Notes: generated from the letters alone by a model not told the origin. Numbered from the stretch's first letter, positions 44,685 through 54,442 are shown. The stretch: DNA of 64,000 bases from an uncultured Candidatus Saccharibacteria bacterium (GCA_964642835.1 CAZXQA010000001.1:132314-196313), one strand, 5' to 3'. Numbers and translations are program-made.

Positions 44685-45164
44685 GTGAGTCATGACAATG
44701 TGCGACACGCGTTAGGCGAGTGCAAGCGTTTGCTAGCGGAAAGCGCGGAGCCTGTTTCGCTTCTCGTGAACTCCCATGGAGGTCCCACGGGGATTGCTAT
44801 GAGCTTTTACGATACCGTCCGGACGGTGTTGCCGGTTGATCTCACGACGATCGGTACGGGGGACGTGGACTCCTCGGGCATCATCATTTTCCTCGCTGGC
44901 CGTCGCCGGTATCTCACCAAGAACACGACGCTCCTCTTCCACTTGGCCGGCCGCACCTTCGGCACTGACCGCCGCTTCTCGACGGCGGATCTCGAAGATA
45001 TGTTGAAGGAGGACAAACTGAAGGATTATCAATACGCCTGCGTTGTTTCTGATGCGACTGGTGGACGCTCCACGCCGGAGAAGATTCTCGACATGATGGC
45101 GAAGACGACGGTGCTCACGGCCGAAGAGGCGGTTAGCCTCGGGTTGGCGCACGGCGTGCTCTAG
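44685..45164 (+). CDS. ClpP-like (S14-family fold) protein; start codon unresolved
   Basis: LLVNSHGGPTGIAMSFYDTVR…GDVDSSGIIIFLAG…LLFH aligns with ClpP INSPGG…GQAASMG…HQP blocks. ClpP-like homology continues upstream to 44583 in the same frame without any ATG; only GTG 44685. A +1-frame ATG ORF (44584-44688) overlaps. Confidence 0.5.
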   Translation: MSHDNVRHALGECKRLLAESAEPVSLLVNSHGGPTGIAMSFYDTVRTVLPVDLTTIGTGDVDSSGIIIFLAGRRRYLTKNTTLLFHLAGRTFGTDRRFSTADLEDMLKEDKLKDYQYACVVSDATGGRSTPEKILDMMAKTTVLTAEEAVSLGLAHGVL

Positions 45165-45267
45165 GGGGGGGCCTTGTTGCGTTGTTATCGTTTACAAACA
45201 AGTAAAAATTCGTATATTGGAGGGCAGAGAAAGTTCCTTTTCTGCTCAATACAAATCGAGGTGACAC

Positions 45268-46227
45268 GTGGCAAAAAAGTTACAGGAAATACCCATGCTT
45301 ATCCTCGACGATGACCGAGACGTGTGCATGGCGCATGCTAGTTATTTCCAGGAGATGGAAGGTATCTCCGCTGTGGCGACAGGGACCATCCGCGAGGCGC
45401 GGCGCGCTCTTAACGAGCTTTTGAAGAAGCACGAGCGTCTCATTGCTGTCGTCGATTACCATCTGATGGGTGACCCTGATGGCACTAGTCTCGACTTCAT
45501 CAAGTACCTGAGACGATACTTCTCTCGGGAATCTCTCATCTATGTCTGTACGGGAGATAACCAAGAGAATACGGAGAAAGAGGTTGCTGACGCCGGGGCC
45601 AATCGCTTCTTTGTGAAGCCCCTTCGCTACGGCTGCCTCCTCGCGTGGGCTCAAGTGGATTTAACAGAGCGTGAAATGAACGAGGAAGAACGCGCTACCG
45701 ATGAAATGACGGGACTATGGCGACTCCCTAGATTTGAGAAGGAGACCCTTGCTCTGTGTAAGGAAATGAGTGATGAGTCGGAACTCGCATTCTTCTCCAT
45801 TGACGTTGATCACTTTAAGGACGTCAATGATCAGTATGGCCACTTCACCGGGGACAAAGTTCTTCAAGCTACAGCTCAGGTTCTGAGAATGTGGGCTCGC
45901 GCTACGGACAGTATCTCTCGATCGGGAGGTGATGAATTCGTGGCTCTTCTGCCGGGCATTACGAAAAAGATGGCTAGGCAGAAAGGGGAAGAACTCAAGG
46001 AATTGATCTCTCGGACGAAAGTGTTCGGTCCGAGCGGAGAGAGAGTCCCTTTCTCTATATCTGTTGGGGTGGTTCACATCACTGGTAAGAAGTTGCGCGC
46101 CACTCCCGATCCAGTGAAGTTCTTGCGAGATTCATCAGAGCTAGACGAAGATGGGATGTACACGAGACGTCGGCGTGAACGACGAGAAGGCGCTGACCGA
46201 CGAATCCACAAGAGACGTTCTTCGTAG
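45268..46227 (+). CDS. response-regulator receiver domain + GGDEF diguanylate cyclase
   Basis: 319 aa. GTG start with GAGGTGA box. REC fold (MLILDDD…VVDYHLMGDPDG) and RSGGDEFVALL active-site motif. Confidence 0.85.
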   Translation: MAKKLQEIPMLILDDDRDVCMAHASYFQEMEGISAVATGTIREARRALNELLKKHERLIAVVDYHLMGDPDGTSLDFIKYLRRYFSRESLIYVCTGDNQENTEKEVADAGANRFFVKPLRYGCLLAWAQVDLTEREMNEEERATDEMTGLWRLPRFEKETLALCKEMSDESELAFFSIDVDHFKDVNDQYGHFTGDKVLQATAQVLRMWARATDSISRSGGDEFVALLPGITKKMARQKGEELKELISRTKVFGPSGERVPFSISVGVVHITGKKLRATPDPVKFLRDSSELDEDGMYTRRRRERREGADRRIHKRRSS

Positions 46228-46310
46228 GGTGCGAAGGCGGGGACTCGTTCCTCGCCTTTTGTTATATACTAAAGAAGAAAGTCTTTAACTGTTGTTGCGT
46301 TTATACTCTT

Positions 46311-46760
46311 ATGAAAAGCTGGTTCAAATTACTTCTCGCCGTTTTCTTCCTTCTTTCTATCTCGCTTATTGCGTGGTGGGGATTAAGGAAGAGCCCGGTA
46401 ACGCCCGAAGAGCCGACGCCGGTAGCCTCCACCACTCCCGAGGCATCGCTTGAGGTCATGAGCCTTCAAGAGAATGCGCTTATCTCGAGTCCGCTTACGG
46501 TCACGGGTCGGGCACGAGGTATGTGGTACTTCGAAGGCAGTTTCCCAGTGCGCGTACTTGATGCTGAGGGTGTTGAGCTTGGCGTTGTGGCGGCGCAGGC
46601 ACAGGGAGAGTGGATGACAACGGAGTTCGTGCCATTCTCGGCGACGCTCACCCTTGCCACTTCGACGACTGCCACGGGCACGATCGTCTTCGAGAAAGAT
46701 AATCCATCTGGTTTACCAGAATATGCTGCTGAAGTACGGATTCCTGTAAGATTTAAATAA
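46311..46760 (+). CDS. Gmad2 (GerM-associated Ig-like) domain secreted protein
   Basis: 149 aa. TM/signal anchor then VTGRARGMWYFEGSFPVRVLDAEGVELG, the Gmad2 hallmark. Confidence 0.6.
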   Translation: MKSWFKLLLAVFFLLSISLIAWWGLRKSPVTPEEPTPVASTTPEASLEVMSLQENALISSPLTVTGRARGMWYFEGSFPVRVLDAEGVELGVVAAQAQGEWMTTEFVPFSATLTLATSTTATGTIVFEKDNPSGLPEYAAEVRIPVRFK

Positions 46761-46969
46761 TGAAAGTTGATACCCGTATGATTATTGTGGGAGCCGTTCT
46801 CCTGGTGCTCTTTGCTCTTATTTCTCGATACGCTGTGATTCACCAAAAGGATCCTGCGCAAGAAACTCCTGGTAGTTGGTCTTGCACGGCCGATACTCAG
46901 ACGTGCTCTGACGGGTCTGTTGTTGGTCGGGTTCCGCCGTATTGTCTCTTCGCCGCGTGTCCTCGTTAA
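46760..46969 (+). CDS. small Cys-containing membrane-anchored protein (TAATG-coupled to upstream gene)
   Basis: 69 aa. One TM helix, four Cys in C-terminal tail. Confidence 0.3.
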   Translation: MKVDTRMIIVGAVLLVLFALISRYAVIHQKDPAQETPGSWSCTADTQTCSDGSVVGRVPPYCLFAACPR

Positions 46970-47060
46970 GAGAAAGAAAACTTAACCATATACGTTAATT
47001 CTCTTGAGGCTCTCTGGATTTTACTCGAGACCTCTCTTTAATTCTCTTACACCATAGAAT

Positions 47061-47729
47061 ATGAGCAAACACTACGCGTATACTCTGTCTGGCTTCGCTC
47101 TTGCCGGAGTGCTTGCCGTCAGCTCGCTTGCTTCCGCGGCAACACTTCTTGATGTTAACCTGAGCGGTTCGGCTTCGAGTACGGCTACAAGTCCAGCTAA
47201 CTCCTCGAGCACGAATATAGACACGACTCTTAACACCACTCTGGAAATTAACCGCGCCAATGTTGGAACTTCTCAATCCGGTGAGGGGAGCATGAGCTCT
47301 TCCGCTGTTTCCACTCAAGATGAATTGCATTCCTACGCTCGAGCCGCTCTCCGCGCTGATGCGAGTGTGGAAGCTATGAACTTCACCAAGGATAAGGTGG
47401 AAGTGAAATATAAGGAGAAAGGTCGCCTCCTCGCTCTCTTACCGGTCACCTTCACTGTTTCTGCCCGCACACACGCGAACGGCGAGGTTGAGATTGATTA
47501 CCCGTGGTACTCCTTCCTTACCGTTGATAACCACGATAAGGTAGAGACCGAGATGAAGGTGGCGGTAGATAATGCCCTTCGTGCTCGTCTCGTTGGTTCC
47601 GTGAAGGCAGAAGGCGAGTCCAAGAACCCTGTCTTTACCGCTTCTGAATCCGCCATGCTTGCCGCTGAAATGCAGCGTGTTCTCAAGGCAAACATTGCCA
47701 CGAACGCGAGTGCTTCAGCCGCAAGATAA
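47061..47729 (+). CDS. secreted hypothetical protein
   Basis: 222 aa. Signal peptide, Ser/Thr-rich linker, beta-rich C-terminal domain. Confidence 0.45.
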   Translation: MSKHYAYTLSGFALAGVLAVSSLASAATLLDVNLSGSASSTATSPANSSSTNIDTTLNTTLEINRANVGTSQSGEGSMSSSAVSTQDELHSYARAALRADASVEAMNFTKDKVEVKYKEKGRLLALLPVTFTVSARTHANGEVEIDYPWYSFLTVDNHDKVETEMKVAVDNALRARLVGSVKAEGESKNPVFTASESAMLAAEMQRVLKANIATNASASAAR

Positions 47730-47937
47730 TAGCAGGGAATCTGTGAACATGAAGAACAGCGCGACCTTGTGAGTTGCGCTGTTCGGGTGTATACTATGGG
47801 TGTACCGTTTTCTACCTCTGAACGACTGACTGACGTAATTGACCGACCGCTGACAAGCCAGAATTGACTGTCCTAAAGGTTTGTGAATAGTTTGTAACCT
47901 TTATCAGTTAGTTTTGGCGTATTTTACGTCTCTCAAT

Positions 47938-48507
47938 ATGATCACACGCACAACTCGTGCCGTGGAGAATGGTTTGAAGTTACTCGAAGAAGCATTCCGT
48001 GAGACTTACAAGAAAGAAGCTGGCGCGATTTTCCGTTTCTGTCTCCTTCGCACCTCAGATCGCGAAGTGGCACTCGACTTCACTCAGGACACGTTCATGC
48101 GTTTCTGGAACACGATGAAGAGTGAGAAGGACATCAAGAACCACCGCACCTTCCTCTTTACCATCGCGAGAAATGTCGTGATTGACTGGTATCGCAAGAA
48201 GAAATCTTTTTCGCTCGAGAAGATGACGGAGAATGCCGAAGATCAAGGCCTCGCTTCTTTCCAGCCAGCTAGTAGTGATAATGTGGAGAATAACGTGGAA
48301 GCACGCTTCCTGATAAGAAAGATCAGAGAGCTTCCTGAGCCTTATAGTCGCGCGGTGTACATGCGCTGTGTCGAAGAGTTGAAGCCCCGGGAGATCTCGG
48401 AGATGTTGGGAGAATCGGCAAACGTCATCTCAGTGCGGATTAGTCGTGGACTCGAGCAATTACGTCGTCTTCTCCACATTGAACCGCGCAAGTCGATTCG
48501 CGTCTAA
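47938..48507 (+). CDS. ECF (sigma-70 family group 4) sigma factor
   Basis: Region 2 (FRFCLLRTSDREVALDFTQDTFMRFW, VIDWYRK) and region 4 HTH (EISEMLGESANVISVRISRGLEQLR). Start at ATG 47938 preferred over 47914. Upstream TGTAAC-N19-CGTA ECF-type promoter candidate. Confidence 0.8.
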   Translation: MITRTTRAVENGLKLLEEAFRETYKKEAGAIFRFCLLRTSDREVALDFTQDTFMRFWNTMKSEKDIKNHRTFLFTIARNVVIDWYRKKKSFSLEKMTENAEDQGLASFQPASSDNVENNVEARFLIRKIRELPEPYSRAVYMRCVEELKPREISEMLGESANVISVRISRGLEQLRRLLHIEPRKSIRV

Positions 48508-48523
48508 CTTAGTGCTTCGATAG

Positions 48524-48555
48524 AACAAACAGGACCCGACCGGGTCCTGTTTGTT
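48524..48555. terminator. bidirectional hairpin terminator between convergent genes
   Basis: AACAAACAGGACCCGACCGGGTCCTGTTTGTT. Confidence 0.6.
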
Positions 48556-48564
48556 GTAGTGTAT

Positions 48565-49200
48565 TTATTTGAACATTGCTTCGACGTCGTCCCACCAACC
48601 GTCCTGATCCGCGTCGCGGGTGGCTGGATCGGTGTTTATGCACTGATCCTGAGTTGTTTCTTCTCCGACGCAGAAGCGCACGCCGAGGAATTTAGTGTCG
48701 AGAGCGCTCGTGCGAACAAAGTAGAAGACAGTCTTAATTAGATCCGTGGCGCCGTCGAGCATGATGTAGTCCGTGGTGATGATCGACTGCCTGTCGTCAT
48801 AAGCGACGTGAGTGAAGTCGGATTGCTTGAAGTCTCCCGTAAAGAAGACGACGCTGTCCATGAGTCCGTAGCATTCTTCGCGGCGAGCGGGGTCCTTGCA
48901 GGCAGGAGAGAGTTGGTAGGAGAGAGCCGAGAGGGTTGGAAGGTCATGTGCCTTGGCGGCGGCAATGTAGTTCTGGAACGTGGCCCACGCCTGAGCGATA
49001 GCCGGAGCATCCTTGAGACTGGTGAGAGAAGGGAGAACGGGAGCGGCGAAGGAAAGGCCGCCAGTCGCGTCACCTGTCGGCGTCGAAGTGGCGGTAGGAA
49101 GATGAAATGAAGGAATATAACTCTTCCACGGGAGGAACAAAGCTCCGAGTACGAGTGCGACCCCCAACGCGACGGCAATATATGTGTTCTTGGTATTCAT
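48565..49200 (-). CDS. membrane-anchored/secreted hypothetical protein
   Basis: Start taken at MNTKNTYIAVALGV (ATG 49200). Four Cys, Trp/Asp-rich C-terminus. Confidence 0.45.
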   Translation of the reverse strand: MNTKNTYIAVALGVALVLGALFLPWKSYIPSFHLPTATSTPTGDATGGLSFAAPVLPSLTSLKDAPAIAQAWATFQNYIAAAKAHDLPTLSALSYQLSPACKDPARREECYGLMDSVVFFTGDFKQSDFTHVAYDDRQSIITTDYIMLDGATDLIKTVFYFVRTSALDTKFLGVRFCVGEETTQDQCINTDPATRDADQDGWWDDVEAMFK

Positions 49201-49276
49201 GAGTCGTATTTTACCACATGGAGAGAGGTGGCTGTGCTTTATCCTCAGCGGCAACCTATGCTAAAATAATGAGGCT

Positions 49277-49957
49277 ATGATCCTTTTCGACCGCGTTTCC
49301 AAACGGTACCCCGACGACTCTGTCGCGGTAGACGATGTGAGCTTCAGTATTGACCAGGGCGAGTTCGTCTCGATCGTCGGTCCTTCCGGCGCTGGCAAAA
49401 CGACGCTTCTCAAACTCTTTCTCGGCGAAGAAAAGCCGACCGCTGGTGTCATCTCCTACAACAACGTCGACGTCAACGAGCTCCGCAAGAAGGACATCGA
49501 CGAATTCCGCCGGAATATCGGTATGGTCTTCCAGGATTTCCGCCTTCTCCCGAACAAGACTATTTACGAGAACATTGCCTTCACCATGGAGGTTTCTGGT
49601 AAAACTGACGAGGAGATTGAGCAGGATGTGCCTCACGTGCTTGAGCTCGTTGACCTTCTCCCAAAGATTTGGAACTTCCCGAAGGAGCTCTCTGGCGGAG
49701 AGAAGCAGCGCGTGGCTATCGCTCGCGCTCTGGTGAACGAGCCCGACATTATTATCGCGGATGAGCCAACGGGGAACTTGGATCCCGTGAACACCTACGA
49801 CGTCGTGCAGATCCTTAAGCGTATTAATGACCTAGGGACGACCGTCATTCTTACCACGCACAACAAGGGCATCATCGACTCACTCGGTCGCCGGGTTATT
49901 GCCATGGAGCGGGGTCGCGTTGTCCGTGATGACCGCAGTGGAAAATACTTTATCTAA
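49277..49957 (+). CDS. ftsE: cell division ATP-binding protein FtsE
   Basis: 226 aa. [36 protein letters not shown]. Confidence 0.9.
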   Translation: MILFDRVSKRYPDDSVAVDDVSFSIDQGEFVSIVGPSGAGKTTLLKLFLGEEKPTAGVISYNNVDVNELRKKDIDEFRRNIGMVFQDFRLLPNKTIYENIAFTMEVSGKTDEEIEQDVPHVLELVDLLPKIWNFPKELSGGEKQRVAIARALVNEPDIIIADEPTGNLDPVNTYDVVQILKRINDLGTTVILTTHNKGIIDSLGRRVIAMERGRVVRDDRSGKYFI

Positions 49958-49962
49958 ATCAT

Positions 49963-50904
49963 ATGAAGCAAAAAGAACAACTCTGGACTAAGTTGAGGCG
50001 TATCACCCGGACGGGGTTCTTTAATTTCTGGAGGAACGGTACGGTCTCGGCCGCCTCGGTGCTGGTCATGCTCGTGACGCTTCTTACCATCGGTGCCATT
50101 TCGCTCGGCGGCGCTCTTCTCGACACCTCACTTGCGGAATTGCGCGACAAGATTGACATCAACGTCACCTTCGTGACGACCGCTCAGGAAGCGGATGTGC
50201 TTGGTATCAAACATTCTCTTGAATCCTTGCCGGAAGTTCTTCTCGTGACCTATGTCTCTCCGGAAGAAGCTTTAAACCAGTTTAAGGAGCGCCACGCGAA
50301 TGACCAGTCGATTCTCGCCGCTCTTGATGAGTTGGGTGAGAATCCGCTCGGCGCAGTCCTCAACGTGAAGGCGCGCGATCCTTCCCAATATGCTTCTGTG
50401 GCCACCTTTCTCGAGAGTGACAGCGCTCTTTCGAGCTCTGGTATCACTATTATTGATCGAGTGAACTACTTCCAGAACAAGACAGCTATCGACCGCCTCT
50501 CAGCTATCATCGGTTCGGCGGACAAACTCGGCTTCGGTCTCACACTCGTTCTCGCGGCCATCTCCATGCTTATTGCCTTCAACACGATCCGCCTCACGAT
50601 CTACATTGCCAAGGATGAGATCAGCGTCATGCGTCTCGTTGGTGCCTCTACTGGCTATATCCAGGGCCCATTCGTGGTGGTCGGCGTCATTTATGGCGTT
50701 GTGGCGGCGGCGCTCGCGCTCCTCATCTTCTTGCCAGCCACGTACTACTTAGGCGATGTGACAGCGGGCTTCTTCTCGAACTTCAATCTCTTCTCGTATT
50801 ACATTCGCCACTTCCTAGAGATTGCTTGGATCATCCTCGTCTCAGGTGTCCTCATCGGCGCTCTCTCGAGCACCTTCGCCATCCGCCGATACTTGAAGAT
50901 TTAA
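49963..50904 (+). CDS. ftsX: cell division permease FtsX
   Basis: 313 aa. 4 TM with large periplasmic loop, MRLVGAS motif. Followed by hairpin AATAAAACCCGCGAAGGATTCGCGGGTTTTATT (50925-50957). Confidence 0.9.
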   Translation: MKQKEQLWTKLRRITRTGFFNFWRNGTVSAASVLVMLVTLLTIGAISLGGALLDTSLAELRDKIDINVTFVTTAQEADVLGIKHSLESLPEVLLVTYVSPEEALNQFKERHANDQSILAALDELGENPLGAVLNVKARDPSQYASVATFLESDSALSSSGITIIDRVNYFQNKTAIDRLSAIIGSADKLGFGLTLVLAAISMLIAFNTIRLTIYIAKDEISVMRLVGASTGYIQGPFVVVGVIYGVVAAALALLIFLPATYYLGDVTAGFFSNFNLFSYYIRHFLEIAWIILVSGVLIGALSSTFAIRRYLKI

Positions 50905-50972
50905 TATCTCAACGCGAGACACAATAAAACCCGCGAAGGATTCGCGGGTTTTATTGTCATCGAGAGAGCGGG

Positions 50973-51126
50973 TTATTTGATCGGGTTCTCACCGCGGATG
51001 AGGCGGACGAGGATCATGACAATCGCCACGACGAGGAGGATGTGGATGAATCCGCCAAGCGTGTAGGACGTTACGAAGCCCAAGAGCCAGAGGATAAGCA
51101 GGACGATAGCAATGGTGGTAAGCATG
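50973..51126 (-). pseudogene. lmo0937-family small membrane protein gene, apparently frameshifted at a T3 run
   Basis: Minus-strand frame 2 encodes …FTTIAIVLLILWLLGFVTSYTLGGFIHILLVVAIVMILVRLIRGENPIK*, matching the about 50-aa lmo0937 family (MLWTII…LWLLGF…HILLV). The only ATG (51126-51124) is in frame 1. Removing one T of TTT at 51118-51120 restores MLTTIAIV…. Confidence 0.5.
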
Positions 51127-51190
51127 ATCTTTAATTTATAGAGGTAACGCTAGGGTAGACGCAGCAGGAGAAAGAATCTGTCAGATGCGT

Positions 51191-51967
51191 TTACGCGGTG
51201 GCGGGCAGAGGGAACCGCACGGTAAAGACGGTGCCCGTCTGAGGACCATAGTGGTAGGTAAGCGTACCCCTGAAGGTCTTCTCCACAATATCCTTGGTAG
51301 TCGAGAGGCCGAGTCCGATGCCGTACTCTTTGGTGGTAAAGAAGGGAGTAAATATTTCCCGCCCTATGTCCTCGGGAATCCCTTTCCCATAGTCGGTAAC
51401 GCAGAGGACGAGATGTGTCGCGCGCTTCCCTAACGTGATGAGAACGGGGCGACGAGGAAGAGGAGAATTTTCATAGGCTTCAAGAGCATTGCCGATAAGG
51501 TTCGATAGGATTTGATTCCATTTAAAGATATTCTGGGTGAGGAATATTTCTTCTTCAGCTTCGAAAACTATTGCCACCTTCAGGTTTCGCGCTTTGCCTT
51601 GGAAGACCTCGATGGCGTCTTCTATTTCATGGTTCGCGGAGAAACGAACTACTTCTTCTCCGGCTTTGAGTTGTTTACGCAAGATATGCATGAACTCTTC
51701 AACCCGCCGGCTTGCCGCCAGGGCCGCTTTCGCGGAACGCAGAGCTTCCGCCTTGCTTTTGCTCTTTGCCGTTAACTTCGAGACTGAGAGAGTGAGTGCG
51801 GTGAGTGGGTTCGCGAGGTCGTGGAAGAGCCCGGCAGAGAGTTTGCCGAACTCCGCGAAGCGATAGAGTCGACTGAGTCGTTCTCGTTCAGCTGATCTTA
51901 AAATCTTAATACGGGGGACAATGATGAGATGGTAGAGGCGTCGGAGTTTGTGGTAGAGAGGCCTCAT
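51191..51967 (-). CDS. sensor histidine kinase (cytoplasmic, HisKA + HATPase_c)
   Basis: 258 aa. H-box FHDLANPLTAL, N-box NLIGNALEAY, G1 DYGKGIP, G2 GIGLGL. Confidence 0.85.
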   Translation of the reverse strand: MRPLYHKLRRLYHLIIVPRIKILRSAERERLSRLYRFAEFGKLSAGLFHDLANPLTALTLSVSKLTAKSKSKAEALRSAKAALAASRRVEEFMHILRKQLKAGEEVVRFSANHEIEDAIEVFQGKARNLKVAIVFEAEEEIFLTQNIFKWNQILSNLIGNALEAYENSPLPRRPVLITLGKRATHLVLCVTDYGKGIPEDIGREIFTPFFTTKEYGIGLGLSTTKDIVEKTFRGTLTYHYGPQTGTVFTVRFPLPATA

Positions 51968-51972
51968 GATAG

Positions 51973-52644
51973 TTAGTGATGAAGGGCGAGCTTGTATCCT
52001 CGACCCGGTATGGTCTGGATACAGCTTCGTCTGCGACTCGAGAGTTTTCTCCTGAGGTTAAAGACGTGAGCCTCGATGGTCTTCGAGAAGGGATCACTCT
52101 CCCTGTCCCAGACATGTTCCATGATCATGCCACGGCTCACAACCTCTCCGTGATGACGGGCGAAATACTCAAGGAGAGCGAACTCTTTGCGCGTGAGATA
52201 AATCGGTTTCTGGCTCAGCCATACTTCTTGGGTGAGAGAGTCGATCTTGAGGTCGCCGATATGGATATTCACCGGCTCCTGGCGGAGAGGGCGGCGTTTG
52301 AGGGCGCGCACGCGAGCGACCAGTTCATCGTAGGAGAAGGGCTTAGTAATGTAATCATCGGCGCCCAGATTCAAGAGCGTTACCTTGTCGGCCACGTTGA
52401 CGCGCGCGGAGATGATGAGGATGGGAACGGTCTTTCCTGAAGCGCGGAGTTCGGCGCAGATAGTCGGGCCGTCTTTCTTGGGGAGGACGCAGTCGAGGAT
52501 AATGAGGTCGTATTCGCTGGTTCGAGCGAGGAAGGAGCCATGCTCGCCGTCGTCGGTGGAGTCGACCGCAAAGGATTCGGTCTTTAAATTCCTCACGAGC
52601 ATCTCACGAATACTCGTATCGTCTTCGACGATCAGTATGCGCAT
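51973..52644 (-). CDS. OmpR-family response regulator
   Basis: 223 aa. REC (MRILIVEDD…DLIILD…K) + winged-helix trans_reg_C (LTRKEFALLEYF…GRGY). Confidence 0.9.
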   Translation of the reverse strand: MRILIVEDDTSIREMLVRNLKTESFAVDSTDDGEHGSFLARTSEYDLIILDCVLPKKDGPTICAELRASGKTVPILIISARVNVADKVTLLNLGADDYITKPFSYDELVARVRALKRRPLRQEPVNIHIGDLKIDSLTQEVWLSQKPIYLTRKEFALLEYFARHHGEVVSRGMIMEHVWDRESDPFSKTIEAHVFNLRRKLSSRRRSCIQTIPGRGYKLALHH

Positions 52645-52700
52645 GGAAGTGTGCCGTTATTATAACGCTTTCGGAGCCGCAGATGTCAAGGGCGTCCTCC

Positions 52701-53249
52701 TTACCCGTCTAAGGCACTGATGTGCTCGGCGGCGCGCTCGATATGAGCTTCTTCCTTGGCAATTTGTTCAACATGAGCCTCGACATCTCCTTGAGCGGTG
52801 CGGGTGACGCGATAGACGCTGTGGATTTCAAAGATGGTACCGATAGCTCGCCCCAAGAGAGCGCCGAAGAGACCCGCCAAGGCATAGACTGCCGAAGAGG
52901 TGGGGAAGAGATTATTCAAAAGGGTGTGGAGCATGAGCTCGTAGAGCGCGTAGAGAGCGAGCGAGGCGTACCCCACTCGGTCCGTGCGCGAGACCTTCAC
53001 CACTTCTTCCACCTCACTCCACTCAATGGCATTCATGCGGAAGAAGATGTAGTAGCCCAAGATGAAGCCAATGAGGAAAATGGCGAGCGCGATAAGGTAG
53101 CTCGCCGGGCGGAGGAAGAGGTTAATAAGAGTGATCACGCCGAAGACAGCCGCGATCGTAAAGAGCACCCAGAGTCGTTTGAGGAGTGTCTGGTGAATAC
53201 GCCCTTCTTCCTGAAGGGTGGTCAATTCGAGGATAAGCCGGTTGAACAT
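52701..53249 (-). CDS. membrane hypothetical protein
   Basis: Start taken at MFNRLILE (ATG 53249). 3-4 TM helices then acidic/His-rich tail. Confidence 0.4.
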   Translation of the reverse strand: MFNRLILELTTLQEEGRIHQTLLKRLWVLFTIAAVFGVITLINLFLRPASYLIALAIFLIGFILGYYIFFRMNAIEWSEVEEVVKVSRTDRVGYASLALYALYELMLHTLLNNLFPTSSAVYALAGLFGALLGRAIGTIFEIHSVYRVTRTAQGDVEAHVEQIAKEEAHIERAAEHISALDG

Positions 53250-53344
53250 GGGCAATATTTTAACATAAGGCGAAAAGCACTTATATAAATCAGTCATTCA
53301 TTTAAATTGAAAATGGTTAAGAAATACTGTATTCTGAGCGAGAT

Positions 53345-53417
53345 TGCCCGATCGTCTAATGGTAGGACGCCCGCCTCTGGAGCGGTTAATTGGGGTTCGA
53401 GTCCCTGTCGGGCAGCA
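53345..53417 (+). tRNA. tRNA-Gln (anticodon CUG)
   Basis: Identical to the 9249 tRNA except the anticodon arm (CCCGC-CTCTGGA-GCGGT). U1-A72, G73. Same 6-nt upstream and 10-nt downstream flanks as the other copy. Confidence 0.8.
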
Positions 53418-53460
53418 AGCACAAAATAAAACACCCTATAATGGGTGTTTTATTTTGTGC
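53418..53460 (+). terminator. perfect 18-bp-stem hairpin immediately 3' of tRNA-Gln(CUG)
   Basis: GCACAAAATAAAACACCC-TATAAT-GGGTGTTTTATTTTGTGC. Confidence 0.5.
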
Positions 53461-53545
53461 TCTGAAATCCGATAGACAGGGACGAGAAAGCCGGAGTGCG
53501 ACGGCACGAGGCGGGGTCGCGAGCTTTTTCAGCAGAAAAAGACTT

Positions 53546-53653
53546 GTGACCGAGAGCGTACTCGCGGTCCCTGTCGGGCAGCCAACTCGTGCGAGGTTAT
53601 TGCGCACGAGACGCGTATGGAACACAAAACCGCCGTCTAGGCGGTTTTGTGCC
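53546..53653 (+). repeat. tRNA-Gln-derived repeat, copy 6 (GTGACCGAGAGCGTACTCGCGG + tRNA 3' module with loop-containing hairpin) + downstream hairpin
   Basis: GTGACCGAGAGCGTACTCGCGGTCCCTGTCGGGCAGCCAACTCGTGCGAGGTTATTGCGCACGAGACGCGT. The first 49 nt are identical to copy 9 (56136). Followed by CACAAAACCGCCGTCTAGGCGGTTTTGTG. Confidence 0.7.
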
Positions 53654-53673
53654 AAAAGCGATATAATTAAATT

Positions 53674-54438
53674 ATGAAAATTATCAGCTTAAATACATGG
53701 GGTGGACGTGCAGGAAAGGAAGGCCTACTTTCTTTTTTTGAGAAGCATAAGGATGATACGGACATCTTTTGTCTTCAGGAGATTTGGTCAGCACCCTATA
53801 GCCATTTAGAGGGATACAAGGCGGGAGGAAAGGAAATTGATCATTCGGAGATCATGGTACATGGGCTTCAGGAAATTACTGAACTCCTGTCTGATTTTGT
53901 TCCATATTTTCGGCCTCACCACGGTGACCATTACGGTCTTCTTATGCTCGTAAGAAAAGGTCTTGGAGTTAAGGTTGAAGGAGAAATTTTCGTACACAAG
54001 CACAAGGGCTATATGCCTGAGGGTGATATTGGAAACCATGCGCGCAATATTCAGTTCATTACAACAGAGTTTAATGGTTCGCCTTTAACAGTTATTAACT
54101 TTCATGGCCTTTGGAATGGACAAGGCAAGGGTGACTCGGAAGATCGTTTGAATCAATCGAATAAGATAAAAGAATTCATTGAAACTTTGCAGGGAAATGT
54201 AGTGATGTGTGGAGATTTTAATCTTCTTCCTAACACCAAAAGTATTCAGATTCTTGAAGATATTGGCTTGAAGAACCTTATTAAAGAAACTGGCATTACT
54301 TCTACAAGAACTTCTCACTACACCAAGCCAGAGAAGTTTGCTGACTACACCTTTGTTTCTAAGGATATAGAAGTGAAAGATTTTAAAGTTCTGCCTGATG
54401 AAGTTTCAGATCATTCACCAATGATGCTCAAGTTTTAG
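53674..54438 (+). CDS. endonuclease/exonuclease/phosphatase (EEP) family protein
   Basis: 254 aa. ISLNTWGG, CLQEI, GDFNLLPN, SDHSPM. Confidence 0.8.
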   Translation: MKIISLNTWGGRAGKEGLLSFFEKHKDDTDIFCLQEIWSAPYSHLEGYKAGGKEIDHSEIMVHGLQEITELLSDFVPYFRPHHGDHYGLLMLVRKGLGVKVEGEIFVHKHKGYMPEGDIGNHARNIQFITTEFNGSPLTVINFHGLWNGQGKGDSEDRLNQSNKIKEFIETLQGNVVMCGDFNLLPNTKSIQILEDIGLKNLIKETGITSTRTSHYTKPEKFADYTFVSKDIEVKDFKVLPDEVSDHSPMMLKF

Positions 54439-54442
54439 ATTT

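Noticed and set aside
47914-47937. Upstream ATG (MAYFTSLN…) as the sigma-factor start
   Set aside because: It lies inside the putative ECF promoter (TGTAAC…CGTA), and ECF region 2 begins only after 47938, so the downstream ATG is preferred.
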